From assembly GCA_963664815.2 (NCBI GenBank), contig CAXXHB010000003.1, positions 3,744,001-3,808,000 on the forward strand: 64,000 bases of DNA, in the 5' to 3' direction. The notes beneath the pieces were generated by a model. It worked only from the letters and a program-made list of their open reading frames with translations, did not search any database and was not told where the DNA came from. The stretch is from Spirochaetota bacterium. Its GTDB lineage: Bacteria > Spirochaetota > UBA4802 > UBA5550. Below are positions 40,424 to 50,805 of the stretch, one piece after another. Position numbers and translations under genes: made by a program. Positions within the stretch are counted from its first letter, which is position 1; each line of letters starts with the position of its first letter.

Positions 40424-43400
40424 TTATCTCTGTTCAACCGGTGCTACAAGCTCTTCAATTACCCCGAGAATTTCATCTTTAATCTCTTTGTATACATGGT
40501 CAACCACAGAAACCTCAAGAATCGGTATATCCTCAATATAGATTCTTCCGGTATTGGCATCAAGTGTTATATAATCGCCCTCATGAAGTTGAACCGAACC
40601 GAGGATTATCACATCATCAGGGCGATTCTCCCATAAAACATCAGTAACGCACGGTTTCCCCTCCCCTATTGCGACAAGGGCTGCATGGGAAGTTACTCCT
40701 CCCTCCTTGGATATATACCCGTAAAATCTGTTTTCTGCCATTATCACTTTAGGCGGCACATTGCTTTCTGTAATAAAAATCAGATTCCCGTCAAACTTTG
40801 AAATATTGTTCTGATCCTTTACAATTTTTCCTCTTACCGCACCCCCGTTTACCGGCTTCCCCTGTATAACTACCGGCGCATCATGAAGCAACCTGCTGTC
40901 CAGATAAGTTCCGATAATTTTTTTATTAAGCCCGAAAGCTGTTCTTTTTATAAGCTTGTACTTGGTATAGATATTCTCTTTATAAAATTCATAGCTGTTT
41001 ATAATTTTAGCAATCGGTGATTGTTTCAGAATCCTCGACTGAACAATATATGTCATTCCCTCTCTTATTGCAAATTCAATATCGGTTGGATATCTCTGTA
41101 TCCTTTCATCATAATGTTTGAATTTTTTAAAACTTTCAAAGTGTTCCGGGTGGAGCCTTATAAAGTCCTCAGTGTTCCCCGGAGTAATGGCACCATCTGC
41201 AATCACGTTGCCAAAAAAACCATCACTGAACTCTATCTGTTCCTCGTAAGCGCTCCCTATTTTGCCTGTATTAGGATTTCGTGTAAAGAAAACACCTGAA
41301 CAGTCATCAACAGAGAGAACCGGTACGCATTCCTGAATAAGGCATCCGGTCTGGAACTGTTCCGGTATACCCAGGTGAACAATCTGTTTCTGTACAACAT
41401 CACTTTCAAATGATCGGAACACAGCCTCAACCGAGTTATAAAGCTGTTCATGCGGATCATCTGGTATTCTGACATTTGAACTGTATTCCCTGATTAGATC
41501 GGACATTGCTTCTGCAACATCAATCATTATGAACATTCCTTCTTTAAAAACTGTCACATAACTGTCAAAACCGGTATCCCTTATCAATCTTTCAGTATCA
41601 AGCCCCATCACACTCTTCGCGTAACTCAGCATAAATGTAATATATGCCTGATACGCCCTTGCAGGTTCCTTCAGTTTCTTTGACCATTTGTCTGCAATAG
41701 ATTTATTAATCCCGATATGGCTGATAGTGTCCAGAATCCCTGGCATGGAAACAACACTTCCCGACCTTGCCATGAGAAGAAGAAGATTGGATGGATCCCC
41801 CAGCTTTTTACCGGTTCTGCGCTGAAGGTTCTCTGCAATTCCGAAAATCTTCTTTCTAAGATCATCAAGCGAGAAGTCACCCCTCTTTATATAATGCCAT
41901 GTAAGCGTGCTGAACCCGTAACCCTTGGGTACATCAAACTTCGGAAGTTGAGAGGACTGAATGATTCTGGAATTTCTTATCTGAGAAAACCCCTTACCAC
42001 CCATGAATTCCGGGCTTTCCAGAGCCTCTCTCGACTCACTGCTGTCAATGCCGAAGGTATACACAAAATCATCAAGTTCAAGTTCATGTTTTGCCTTGAT
42101 GGTATCAAGAACTTTCTGAAACGGTTCCGCGGCTTTTCTTGCCTCGTAGTTTTTCAGACTATTAATGAGATTGCCGAGCAAGTGAGTTGTTTTTTCCCTG
42201 ATTATATTATTGAGAATTGCAGTAAGCGCAGGTGCGTTGTCCCTGTTTACAAGACATTCTGAATAGAGCTCCTTTATCAGCAGGAAGTTATTCTCCAGTT
42301 CAGAATTCATGGCCTCTACAATACTTGGTATATGAGCTATTCGGTCAGGCCTTTTGTCAAGCTGCTGAAGTAACCGTTCAATCAGGAAAGCAAACCTGCC
42401 AAGGATCTTTGTTCCGTGCCCCACAGACCTTGCGCAGAATGCAAGATCCACGAGAACATTCAGAGATTCAACATATACCTCGTCAGTTATAACACGGAAT
42501 TTTATGTTTACAATATTTGAATAATATATAAATGCAATCTGTTCAAGAATTGAATCGGCAGTAATAAGTCTGAAAAGGATTTCACCCTTTTTATTTATTT
42601 TACTCTGTGCTATCTCCTCAATAAGTTTTTTGAGATTATACCTGAGTTTTCCCAGTGCGATATCTGTCCATTCCTGATTCCTGACGTTTTCACGTGTTTT
42701 ACTTATTGAACCGATAGATTTCTCATATGATTTTAAAGCAGTAATTTCATCAGTAATTAATCCTGTAAGATTTGATTCTATAACATTCAGGAATTCATCC
42801 CTCGAGAGATTATTTTTGTTATCACCCCTGTCTGACCAGGCGGTTTTAAGTCTGTTTTTTAAAGTGAGAAGATCCCGGAACACTTCCGCTTCAAGAAGAT
42901 CGTCCTTTTCCTCCCTGGTCACATTATAGACAGTGCTCCCCTCAATCATTGCAGATGTCTTGTCTGAATGAAGGAATTTCTCAAACTTTTCTATCTTGGT
43001 GATCACCTTTTCAGAAAGATGCTGATGTGTAAGCTTTCTTATATCCGCAGCAATCGAACCAAATGTCTGGTCGTACCTGTACTCTGCCTCAAAGTCGTGT
43101 GCTATATCACGCAGTTCTGTTATATCAATTCCATATATATTAAATTTCGGTATATGCCTTATCAGCTCATATATAAGAGAATAAAGTTCCTCAAAATTAC
43201 TCCCATCATAGCATTCAAGAAACTCAATCACATGAATTTCAAGTTCTCCAAGAGACTCTGTTCTTGAGCCTTTGAGGCTCCCTCTGGTTTTAATTTCGTA
43301 CCTGATAAAAAGAACTATATCAACAAGTTTCTCCTTAATGATCCTGTTCTCCTTTTCACGGCACAAACCATTCAGCAATCTGCTCACATCATCGACAAGT

Positions 43401-43435
43401 TTTATCTCACCATATTTCCCTGAAACAATATCCAT
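40424..43435 (-). CDS. PPDK-type dikinase: ~450-aa helical domain + ATP-grasp + phospho-His swivel domain, no pyruvate-binding barrel; candidate glucan-water-dikinase-like enzyme
   Basis: MGGKG, ARSGSVVSMPGILDT, SGVFFTRNPNTG, DIEF, IVQSR, GGVTSHAALVA; the protein ends shortly after the His domain. Confidence 0.85.
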   Translation of the reverse strand: MDIVSGKYGEIKLVDDVSRLLNGLCREKENRIIKEKLVDIVLFIRYEIKTRGSLKGSRTESLGELEIHVIEFLECYDGSNFEELYSLIYELIRHIPKFNIYGIDITELRDIAHDFEAEYRYDQTFGSIAADIRKLTHQHLSEKVITKIEKFEKFLHSDKTSAMIEGSTVYNVTREEKDDLLEAEVFRDLLTLKNRLKTAWSDRGDNKNNLSRDEFLNVIESNLTGLITDEITALKSYEKSIGSISKTRENVRNQEWTDIALGKLRYNLKKLIEEIAQSKINKKGEILFRLITADSILEQIAFIYYSNIVNIKFRVITDEVYVESLNVLVDLAFCARSVGHGTKILGRFAFLIERLLQQLDKRPDRIAHIPSIVEAMNSELENNFLLIKELYSECLVNRDNAPALTAILNNIIREKTTHLLGNLINSLKNYEARKAAEPFQKVLDTIKAKHELELDDFVYTFGIDSSESREALESPEFMGGKGFSQIRNSRIIQSSQLPKFDVPKGYGFSTLTWHYIKRGDFSLDDLRKKIFGIAENLQRRTGKKLGDPSNLLLLMARSGSVVSMPGILDTISHIGINKSIADKWSKKLKEPARAYQAYITFMLSYAKSVMGLDTERLIRDTGFDSYVTVFKEGMFIMIDVAEAMSDLIREYSSNVRIPDDPHEQLYNSVEAVFRSFESDVVQKQIVHLGIPEQFQTGCLIQECVPVLSVDDCSGVFFTRNPNTGKIGSAYEEQIEFSDGFFGNVIADGAITPGNTEDFIRLHPEHFESFKKFKHYDERIQRYPTDIEFAIREGMTYIVQSRILKQSPIAKIINSYEFYKENIYTKYKLIKRTAFGLNKKIIGTYLDSRLLHDAPVVIQGKPVNGGAVRGKIVKDQNNISKFDGNLIFITESNVPPKVIMAENRFYGYISKEGGVTSHAALVAIGEGKPCVTDVLWENRPDDVIILGSVQLHEGDYITLDANTGRIYIEDIPILEVSVVDHVYKEIKDEILGVIEELVAPVEQR

Positions 43436-43652
43436 ATACTACCCCGCATAATAGCTTCCATGTATTGAAATCATATATTTATCAAGAGTCAATAAAAATT
43501 ACCTGTGATACTGTATTATAACAGGGCTGTCTTTAAAATTATATAAAAAAAGTGAATGCGATAATTCCTGCGGTAAAAAAAATAAATGTTGAAAAATGTT
43601 TATATATTATAATATATATATTGTCTGCTGAATATGTTTAAGAAAGAGAATT

Positions 43653-44813
43653 ATGGATAAGATTAAAATTATTGAATACATACTCAGTCCTTATGAAAAC
43701 CTGGCCAGAAAAAATGAGATTGAGTATATTGAGTTTTTAAACGGTGGTGAAAACAATAAAAGCCTTTTTAAAAAAGCATATAATAATGATTTCCCGTATC
43801 TTGCTTATGAAGTTCTTAACAGCAATCCTGAATTCCAGAACCGTGGTCATGACTCTCCCGTACATCTTGAACTTACTTCAAAATATGAAACCAAGATATT
43901 CTGCCATATATATCCACTCAGGAGAGAAAGTAAAGTTGTTGATTTACTTCTCATTGAAACGAAGGGAGCTATAAGTGAAGAATGTGAAATCAGCATTAAT
44001 TTTATTTCAGCCGTTATTGTAAATTTCTTCAATAATATATTCGTCCTGGATACGACGACAGAAAATGCAGACAAATATAAAAAGGAACTCAGCAATATAA
44101 GAGACATACAGGTCAAACTTTTTCCAAAATTTGACGACATCAAGGAACTTGATATAAGATCTGCTTATCTACCTGCAGAATTTATGTCCGGAACTTTTAT
44201 TGATGGTATATTTCTTGATAAATCAACTTACCAGCTGACGGCATGTGATGTATCAGAATATGGGCAGGTTTCATCATTTATTGGATCTGCGATCAGAACA
44301 ATAATACGTAATGACGCTCAGCAGAAAAAAGTTCCTTCAGTCATGATTAATTCCATAATGAGTAAAATCAAAAACATGATGTCCGGAACATCCGGAAGTA
44401 ATAATATTTTTCTTACAATATATCAGTTAAATATTAAAACCGGCAAGGTTATAATATCGTCCTATGGAAATATAACCACACTCTTTTATACAAAGAAGAG
44501 GAATGGGCTGATTGACCTTGCATCTACAGAGACAGGAAAACTTTTTGCAAACAGAAATTTCATTAAGGATATGTCAATAAACCTGGAACCAGGTGATGCA
44601 CTGCTTTATTATACACGAGGCGTTAAAAAAGCAAAAGCGGAAAACTCTGAAACAGAATACGGACTGGATAATTTAAAAAATGAAATGAAATCGAATATCG
44701 AATCGGGATCGCTTGAGATAGTTCATTCAATTATAGAATCAATATATCAATTTACTGATTATGCACAGATCGATGAAGATATAATTCTTATAGCCATAAA
44801 GAAAAATATTTAA
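43653..44813 (+). CDS. PP2C/SpoIIE-like protein with degenerate metal-binding residues
   Basis: IQ.KLFP, YLPAEFMSGTFID, CDVSEYG, LEPGDALLYYTRGV, YGLD.L, DEDIILI. Confidence 0.8.
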   Translation: MDKIKIIEYILSPYENLARKNEIEYIEFLNGGENNKSLFKKAYNNDFPYLAYEVLNSNPEFQNRGHDSPVHLELTSKYETKIFCHIYPLRRESKVVDLLLIETKGAISEECEISINFISAVIVNFFNNIFVLDTTTENADKYKKELSNIRDIQVKLFPKFDDIKELDIRSAYLPAEFMSGTFIDGIFLDKSTYQLTACDVSEYGQVSSFIGSAIRTIIRNDAQQKKVPSVMINSIMSKIKNMMSGTSGSNNIFLTIYQLNIKTGKVIISSYGNITTLFYTKKRNGLIDLASTETGKLFANRNFIKDMSINLEPGDALLYYTRGVKKAKAENSETEYGLDNLKNEMKSNIESGSLEIVHSIIESIYQFTDYAQIDEDIILIAIKKNI

Positions 44814-44977
44814 AAAACAGCGGCTTTATTTCACCTGCTCATTCAAGGTTTTAAATCCTTCAAATACCGGCATATTTTTTAATAACTCTGTTTTTTATAA
44901 GTTCTATTCTTTAAAGCATTTATAACTGATTTAATACCGTGTTTTTTAGTTTCAGGAAATCAGGAATTATTCTATCA

Positions 44978-46192
44978 TTACAACTTCGAGTATATCTCGA
45001 CCATCCGCTCAACTGCGCCTTCCCAGGTAAACATTTTTTCAACTCTCTCAATTCCCGCGCGTGAAAATCTTTTCTGCAAACCATTGTTATTAAGAAGCAT
45101 ATCAATCGCATCAGCAAGCGCCAGATGATCGCGTGCAGGTACTACAACTCCTGCATCCCCAACAACTTCAGGGAGTGCTCCTCCATTGCTCGATATAACC
45201 GGAACACCGCAGGACATTGCCTCACCTGCCGGAAAACCGAATCCTTCATAGACAGAAGGAACAATTGCCAACGCCGATTGCGAATATAATCTGACTAGCT
45301 CATCAACAGATGCTGTTCCGGCAAAAAATATTTTATCCCTTATTCCAAGTATATCAATTACTCTGTTGGTTACTTTTCTGTGCGGAGCACCACCGTCAAC
45401 AACAACAACCCTTACATCGGACTTCATCACCGCAACGGCTTTAAGAAGATAGATAAATCCTTTCTTTCCGTCCTCGATGTTACCCACGAAAATTATATCC
45501 CTTTTATTCTTCCTGACTTTTACAGGTTTAAAGATCTCTCTGTCAATCCCGTTATATACTACGCTCTGCATTTTTAGCGGAACGCCGAAATCGCGGTTGT
45601 TCATGATCTTTGAATCTTCAGATACTGTAATAATATGATCAAGACGCTTAGAGACAATTGTCTGCATCAGCGTAGGATAAAACATTACCGCACGGAATTT
45701 TCTGTAAAAAGACTCCGATCTCTCCAGAACTGTTCTAAGGTCAACTGAAAGAGGATGATGTATTGTGGCAACAACCGGGATGCCCAGGGATTTCATAAAA
45801 AGAAGCCCGTAATTCAGTGACTGGTTATCATGTATAATATCAAAGTTATACTTCGAATGAAGTTTTCTTAAAAGAAAAAAAGCCCTGTAACCGAACGAAC
45901 TTATCTCAGGGAAAGCGCCAAATCTGCTGTTAAACCACTCATAAGCGTTAATCGGATGGAATATATCAAAAGGGGTTTCTCTGCTGATTATATTTAATCC
46001 CTTTTTAACATAATACTCATTATTCGTGATTACATGAGTGATAACGCCCTTCATAACATCAGGATAAGGAGGTCCCACAACAACATGAACTTCATGCCCC
46101 TGGCGCACCAGTTCTTCTGCCACGTATTTGAGGTATATTCCCTGCCCTCCGGAATAGGGATTACCCCTGTAGCATAAAAGACATATTTTCAA
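44978..46192 (-). CDS. Glycosyltransferase family 4
   Basis: YRGNPYSGGQGIY, HDNQSL.YG, ATIHHP, PSVYEGFGFPAGEAMSCG; TTG start. Confidence 0.92.
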   Translation of the reverse strand: MKICLLCYRGNPYSGGQGIYLKYVAEELVRQGHEVHVVVGPPYPDVMKGVITHVITNNEYYVKKGLNIISRETPFDIFHPINAYEWFNSRFGAFPEISSFGYRAFFLLRKLHSKYNFDIIHDNQSLNYGLLFMKSLGIPVVATIHHPLSVDLRTVLERSESFYRKFRAVMFYPTLMQTIVSKRLDHIITVSEDSKIMNNRDFGVPLKMQSVVYNGIDREIFKPVKVRKNKRDIIFVGNIEDGKKGFIYLLKAVAVMKSDVRVVVVDGGAPHRKVTNRVIDILGIRDKIFFAGTASVDELVRLYSQSALAIVPSVYEGFGFPAGEAMSCGVPVISSNGGALPEVVGDAGVVVPARDHLALADAIDMLLNNNGLQKRFSRAGIERVEKMFTWEGAVERMVEIYSKL

Positions 46193-46194
46193 AA

Positions 46195-46836
46195 TCAGTT
46201 ACCGCCAGTCATATTGAGTCTTTTATACAGATCACCCATGGTGATAATCTTTTCAGGATCCAGTTTCTTCACAATTTTTGCAGGGTTACCTATCACTACA
46301 ACATTCGGGGGAATATCTCTTCGAACTACTGATCCTGCTCCAACTATTGAATTCTCACCTATGTGCACCCCCTTGCATATAATTGCAGAATCACCGATCC
46401 ACACTCCCTTTTCAAGTACAACAGCTGCATTTTTCCCGGGGGATGCTGTCCTGTCATTTATATCATGCCAGTCAGCATCCATGATATAGCAGTAGTTAGC
46501 AAGCATACAGTCATCACTGATGACTATTTCATTGGCACTGCTTATCCGGACACCGTTCATTATCAGCACATTATCACCGATTCGAATATGCCCCTCATGA
46601 CCGCCATAACAGATTGAAGTAAAGTTCGTCTTATATCCGTTGGCTCCGACTATAGTTACGTTTTTCCCAAGATGTATATTGGGTCCGTAAACAATAACAT
46701 TCCAGATGCCCCAGACCATCGGTCTTCCGGCGATTGACGCAAATTTCCTGCTGAATGAATACTTATAAATAAGCTCACTTTTTATCATAAACCATAATCT
46801 GGTAAAATATGATGCTTTATCATTTTCATTAAACAT
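46195..46836 (-). CDS. Hexapeptide-repeat acyltransferase (maltose O-acetyltransferase-like)
   Basis: IRIGDNV, DADWH, VWIG...ICKGVHIGENSIVGAGSVV..DIP....GNPA. Confidence 0.9.
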   Translation of the reverse strand: MFNENDKASYFTRLWFMIKSELIYKYSFSRKFASIAGRPMVWGIWNVIVYGPNIHLGKNVTIVGANGYKTNFTSICYGGHEGHIRIGDNVLIMNGVRISSANEIVISDDCMLANYCYIMDADWHDINDRTASPGKNAAVVLEKGVWIGDSAIICKGVHIGENSIVGAGSVVRRDIPPNVVVIGNPAKIVKKLDPEKIITMGDLYKRLNMTGGN

Positions 46837-47029
46837 TTTTTTCTCTGCAAATTCATTTTACATTTTTTATAATAGACAAATGCATTGAAATATTCTTTTA
46901 TTAAAATGTAAACAATTTTTACTGATGTCATACGATCATTATAATTAAGCTATTTTAATAAATTTTACCCATTCCATAAGATCAGCGAATTGTGTTCTAG
47001 GTAAACATAAAAAACATAATGGATGTAAT

Positions 47030-47779
47030 ATGAAACTCATTCTTTTAATAATTTTATTCTTTATAGCTGGCACAGGCATTTTTCAACCTGTGTCCACACA
47101 ACCCGAATGCCTGATGATTGAAGATTTCCAGAAATATAACGGCAAACCATTCCCTGATTGGAGCTTCCGCGAGGATTACAGCGAAGCTTCAGCTATCTAT
47201 TCAATCATAGAGGAGAACGGCAAAAAATTTTTACGGGGATCAACTGTTCATGCAAATTATCTGGTGCAACTTGCCAAGCAGGTCAACCAGCATGATGAAA
47301 CAAACCCGAATAGCATCTGCTGGGATATACATTCATTTCCATGTATCAGCTGGGAATGGCGAGTGAACATCATTCCTGATGGCGGGAATGAGAATGACGA
47401 GAGAACCAACGATTCAGCAGCCTCAATTTATGTAGTTTTTCAGAAAAGGAAAGGCGCATTCGGCGGCTGGAAATATCAGCCGGCTAACTGGCTCAAATAT
47501 GTCTGGAGTTCAACGCTGCCGGTCGGCACAGTAATTTCACGGAAATTTTCGAAATTCGGTATATCCCTCTATGATGGCAGGTATATTGTTGTCGCTTCAG
47601 GGAATAAAAACCTTGGTAAATGGATTACTTTCAGAAGGAATGTTTTGGCTGATTATGAAGCTTATTTCGGAGAAAAGCCAAGGTTTAACCCGATAGTCGT
47701 TGGAATCCTTACAGATTCAAACAGTACGGGGACCAAGGCAGAGTCTGATTATGACAACATTACCGCATCTGCTCTCTAG
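47030..47779 (+). CDS. DUF3047 family secreted protein
   Basis: Signal peptide; P.ISWEWRV...P.GG.E....NDSAASIYVVF, LKYVWSS.LPVG, W..F.RNV..DY...FG, ILTDS.ST. Confidence 0.85.
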   Translation: MKLILLIILFFIAGTGIFQPVSTQPECLMIEDFQKYNGKPFPDWSFREDYSEASAIYSIIEENGKKFLRGSTVHANYLVQLAKQVNQHDETNPNSICWDIHSFPCISWEWRVNIIPDGGNENDERTNDSAASIYVVFQKRKGAFGGWKYQPANWLKYVWSSTLPVGTVISRKFSKFGISLYDGRYIVVASGNKNLGKWITFRRNVLADYEAYFGEKPRFNPIVVGILTDSNSTGTKAESDYDNITASAL

Positions 47780-48420
47780 GGGATAACTATTTTCTCTCCT
47801 AAAAATTTCGGTTGTTCCATTATAATTTTGACGTCTATAAACGCCTTTAACCTTGCAAAAACCTCCCTTAGTCTTACTATTACATCTGAAGGTTCTTCAT
47901 TGTCCTGCGCATTGAATCCTGTAACTTCAATACCATGCACCCTGCCGATATACACAGCCCTTTCATTGTGGAACCTCTGGGAAATAACCGTAACAGACTC
48001 CTGCCCGAATATTTCTCTTGCCCTGACTATAGAATCAAGCGTTCTGAAGCCTGCGTAATCGAGATAAATACTCTCCACAGCCACTCCTCTTTCCTTTAAT
48101 CCGGACATCATGGCGCGAGGCTCATTATAGCTCAATTCACTATTATCTCCACTTGCTATAATATATTTAATCTTTCCGGCATGATAAAGCATTGCAGCTG
48201 CATCAAGCCTTCCGCTGAAATAGGGATTTATTCCGCCACTTACTTTATACTTGCTTGTCCCGAGGAGAAGACCGCATTTATTATCGGGAAGCTTGTTCCA
48301 CTCGTCATAAACATATGGCATTGAAAACGAACTTATATACCTGTCTATCATCATAACAGAGATTATGAATAAAACGGACAGGGAAACTAAAATCACCAGT
48401 ATTTTGTATCTTCTCTTCAT
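47776..48420 (-). CDS. sanA: SanA/YdcF (DUF218) family protein
   Basis: LLLGTSKY, NPYF..RL.AA..LY, SGDN...YNEP..M, DYAGFRTLDSIVRA, SQRFHNERA; ATG at 48420 follows the argH stop. Confidence 0.88.
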   Translation of the reverse strand: MKRRYKILVILVSLSVLFIISVMMIDRYISSFSMPYVYDEWNKLPDNKCGLLLGTSKYKVSGGINPYFSGRLDAAAMLYHAGKIKYIIASGDNSELSYNEPRAMMSGLKERGVAVESIYLDYAGFRTLDSIVRAREIFGQESVTVISQRFHNERAVYIGRVHGIEVTGFNAQDNEEPSDVIVRLREVFARLKAFIDVKIIMEQPKFLGEKIVIP

Positions 48421-48421
48421 G

Positions 48422-49816
48422 TTAAAGATCACCGACTTTACTTTTCAAAATTTTAATCTGGCTCATTATCTCCGTTTTCGACGTGCTCCCTGCCGAAAGT
48501 TTTCTCTCTGCAGCATCAGCCGGATCGAGTATCCGGATTATTTCATCATCAAATACCGGTGAAAATTTCTTCAGTTCATCAAGCGTAAGTTTGAAGAAAT
48601 TTTTATTCTCTGTTTCACAGTACCTTACAATATTGCCGGATATTTCGTGACACTCCCGGAAGGGGAGACCTTTTTTAACAAGATAATCGGCAAGATCGGT
48701 AGCCGTGGAATAATTGCTGTAAACTCCCTGCCTCATACGCTCGCTGTTTACCGTAATTCCGCTGATCATCTCTGTCATCCCCTCAAGTGCAAGAGAAATT
48801 GTATCTATGGAATCGAATAAAGGTTCTTTATCCTCCTGCATATCCCTGTTGTATGTCATAGGAAGTCCCTTAAGTATTGTCAGAAGAGAAAAGAGATTGC
48901 CATACACTCTCCCAGTCTTCCCCCTTATTAATTCAGCTACATCCGGATTTCTTTTTTGCGGCATAATCGAAGAACCAGTTGTTACAGAATCGGAAAGCTT
49001 TATAAAATTAAACTCTGAGGTTGACCATAAAATGAGTTCCTCACAGAAACGGGAGAGGTGCATTCCAAGCACTGACGCGAAATACAGAAAGTCGAGTGCG
49101 AAGTCTCTGTCGCTGACCGCATCCATGGAGTTAAAATTTATCTCATTGAAGCCAAGCTCCTTTCTTAAAAACTCCCTGTCATTTTTATAGTTGACACCTG
49201 CGAGTGCACCGCTTCCGAGCGGCAGACTTTTACATGCTTCAACGGCATTTTCAAGTCTCCTCCTGTCGCGTACAAGCTGCCAGGCGTATACAAGCATATG
49301 ATGGCTGAACCTGACAGGCTGGGCTACCTGCATATGAGTATAGCCCGGCATCAATACATCAATATGCTTCTCTGCAGTTTCAATCAGGAGTAAAATAAAC
49401 CTGTTGATGAAAAACCGTATCTGCTCAGATTCGTCAATGATAAACATTCTTACATCAACTGCAACCTGGTCATTTCTCGAACGTCCGGTATGGAGTTTCT
49501 TCCCGGCTTCTCCAATTCTTTCAGTGAGAGCGGCCTCAATATTCATATGAATATCCTCGCGCGATGCAGAAAATTCAAAAATCCCACTTTCAATTTCAGA
49601 CTTTATCTTCTCGAGCCCAGTGATAATATCATCAAGTTCTTTCTCACTGAGTATATTCATGCTGCGAAGCATCTTAGCGTGGGCAATTGAGCCTCTTATA
49701 TCCTGTCTGTAAAGTCTTGAATCGAAATGTATAGATTTTGAAATTCTTTCAGTTATATCTGATGAACCACCGGAGAACCGACCTCCCCAGAGTTTTTTTT
49801 CCTTTTTTTCATCCAT
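48422..49816 (-). CDS. argH: Argininosuccinate lyase
   Basis: LWGGRF, HTGRSRNDQV, MPGYTHMQ.AQP, GSSIMPQKRNPD, YNRDMQEDKE. Confidence 0.97.
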   Translation of the reverse strand: MDEKKEKKLWGGRFSGGSSDITERISKSIHFDSRLYRQDIRGSIAHAKMLRSMNILSEKELDDIITGLEKIKSEIESGIFEFSASREDIHMNIEAALTERIGEAGKKLHTGRSRNDQVAVDVRMFIIDESEQIRFFINRFILLLIETAEKHIDVLMPGYTHMQVAQPVRFSHHMLVYAWQLVRDRRRLENAVEACKSLPLGSGALAGVNYKNDREFLRKELGFNEINFNSMDAVSDRDFALDFLYFASVLGMHLSRFCEELILWSTSEFNFIKLSDSVTTGSSIMPQKRNPDVAELIRGKTGRVYGNLFSLLTILKGLPMTYNRDMQEDKEPLFDSIDTISLALEGMTEMISGITVNSERMRQGVYSNYSTATDLADYLVKKGLPFRECHEISGNIVRYCETENKNFFKLTLDELKKFSPVFDDEIIRILDPADAAERKLSAGSTSKTEIMSQIKILKSKVGDL

Positions 49817-50235
49817 TGTTGTATCCTGTAAAAATAATATCCACTTCCTGTTATATAGCTGCTACTTCAATTTATACTAAATGGAATATAGAAAACTGTG
49901 TCAACAAAATTAAGGCGAACTTTAAATATCATTTCTATTGTTCACGTCCGGCCTTTGGCTTTTTTATTCGCTCCATTCGGTATTTCCATCAATGGATTAG
50001 GAACTACAACCTCTTCAAAACCAATTTACCACTGATTTATTCATATAGTTTACACCCTCCGGCAATAGTTATTCATCTAAGTTTTCCTGGTTATAAAATA
50101 ACCATTCATATCATAATGCAGAAAGTTGCTTGATTTTGCATACAGATGATGATTTAATGTCTTGTGGATGCTGTATATCCGGATAGACTCCAATCGCAGC
50201 TTTCATAAATAACAGCAAAAGGATATCTAACTGAA

Positions 50236-50724
50236 ATGAAAAAAAACATACATGTATTACTCCTGGTTACAGCTGCAACAATGATGATTATATCCTGCAG
50301 TTCCGGATCTGTAAACATTGATGATGCAAAACATGATGAGATAAATGCTGATGATTCCGTATATGATTATAACACATTACTGAAAGCTCAAACCAGGTTA
50401 TTAAAAGATTTTTCATGGCCCCGGATGTACGAACTGGATCTGAATGATGACGGAACAGCGGAAAAATTTTTAGCTATTGAAGGTTATTCCCGCGGAATGG
50501 ATTACGCACTTTTCAGTAAAAAAAATAAAAAATGGATAATGATTCCATGCAATGCACCTGTCCCTTCTGGTCATCTGGGAATTGAAAAATTAGATAATAA
50601 GAACCAGGGTTGGCATGATTTTGTTGCATATCAACCATCTGGTCGAGAAGGTATTCTTGAAAGCTATTATTCATGGAACGGGAAACAGTATATATTAAAA
50701 GAACAGAAAGAGGTTAATAACTGA
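50236..50724 (+). CDS. Hypothetical lipoprotein
   Basis: Lipobox-like IISC; DLNDDG Ca-binding-like motif; GWHD...Y.WNG..Y. Confidence 0.75.
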   Translation: MKKNIHVLLLVTAATMMIISCSSGSVNIDDAKHDEINADDSVYDYNTLLKAQTRLLKDFSWPRMYELDLNDDGTAEKFLAIEGYSRGMDYALFSKKNKKWIMIPCNAPVPSGHLGIEKLDNKNQGWHDFVAYQPSGREGILESYYSWNGKQYILKEQKEVNN

Positions 50725-50805
50725 ACATTACCAAATTTATTATCAATTATTAATTCCTCTGATTATTCAGGGATTATTTTTTAAAAAGCTAATAAAAATC
50801 GTTTC

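Noticed and set aside
41717-42262. 181-aa antisense ORF, representative of the many shadow ORFs in the track
   Set aside because: Lies opposite a well-supported gene and has no motifs of its own.
40424-43435. Annotation as canonical ppdK or ppsA
   Set aside because: No C-terminal PEP/pyruvate-binding barrel, and the next gene is LysE rather than a split remainder.
49738-50133. 131-aa + strand ORF
   Set aside because: Overlaps the argH start antisense, TTG start, composition typical of translated AT-rich intergenic DNA.
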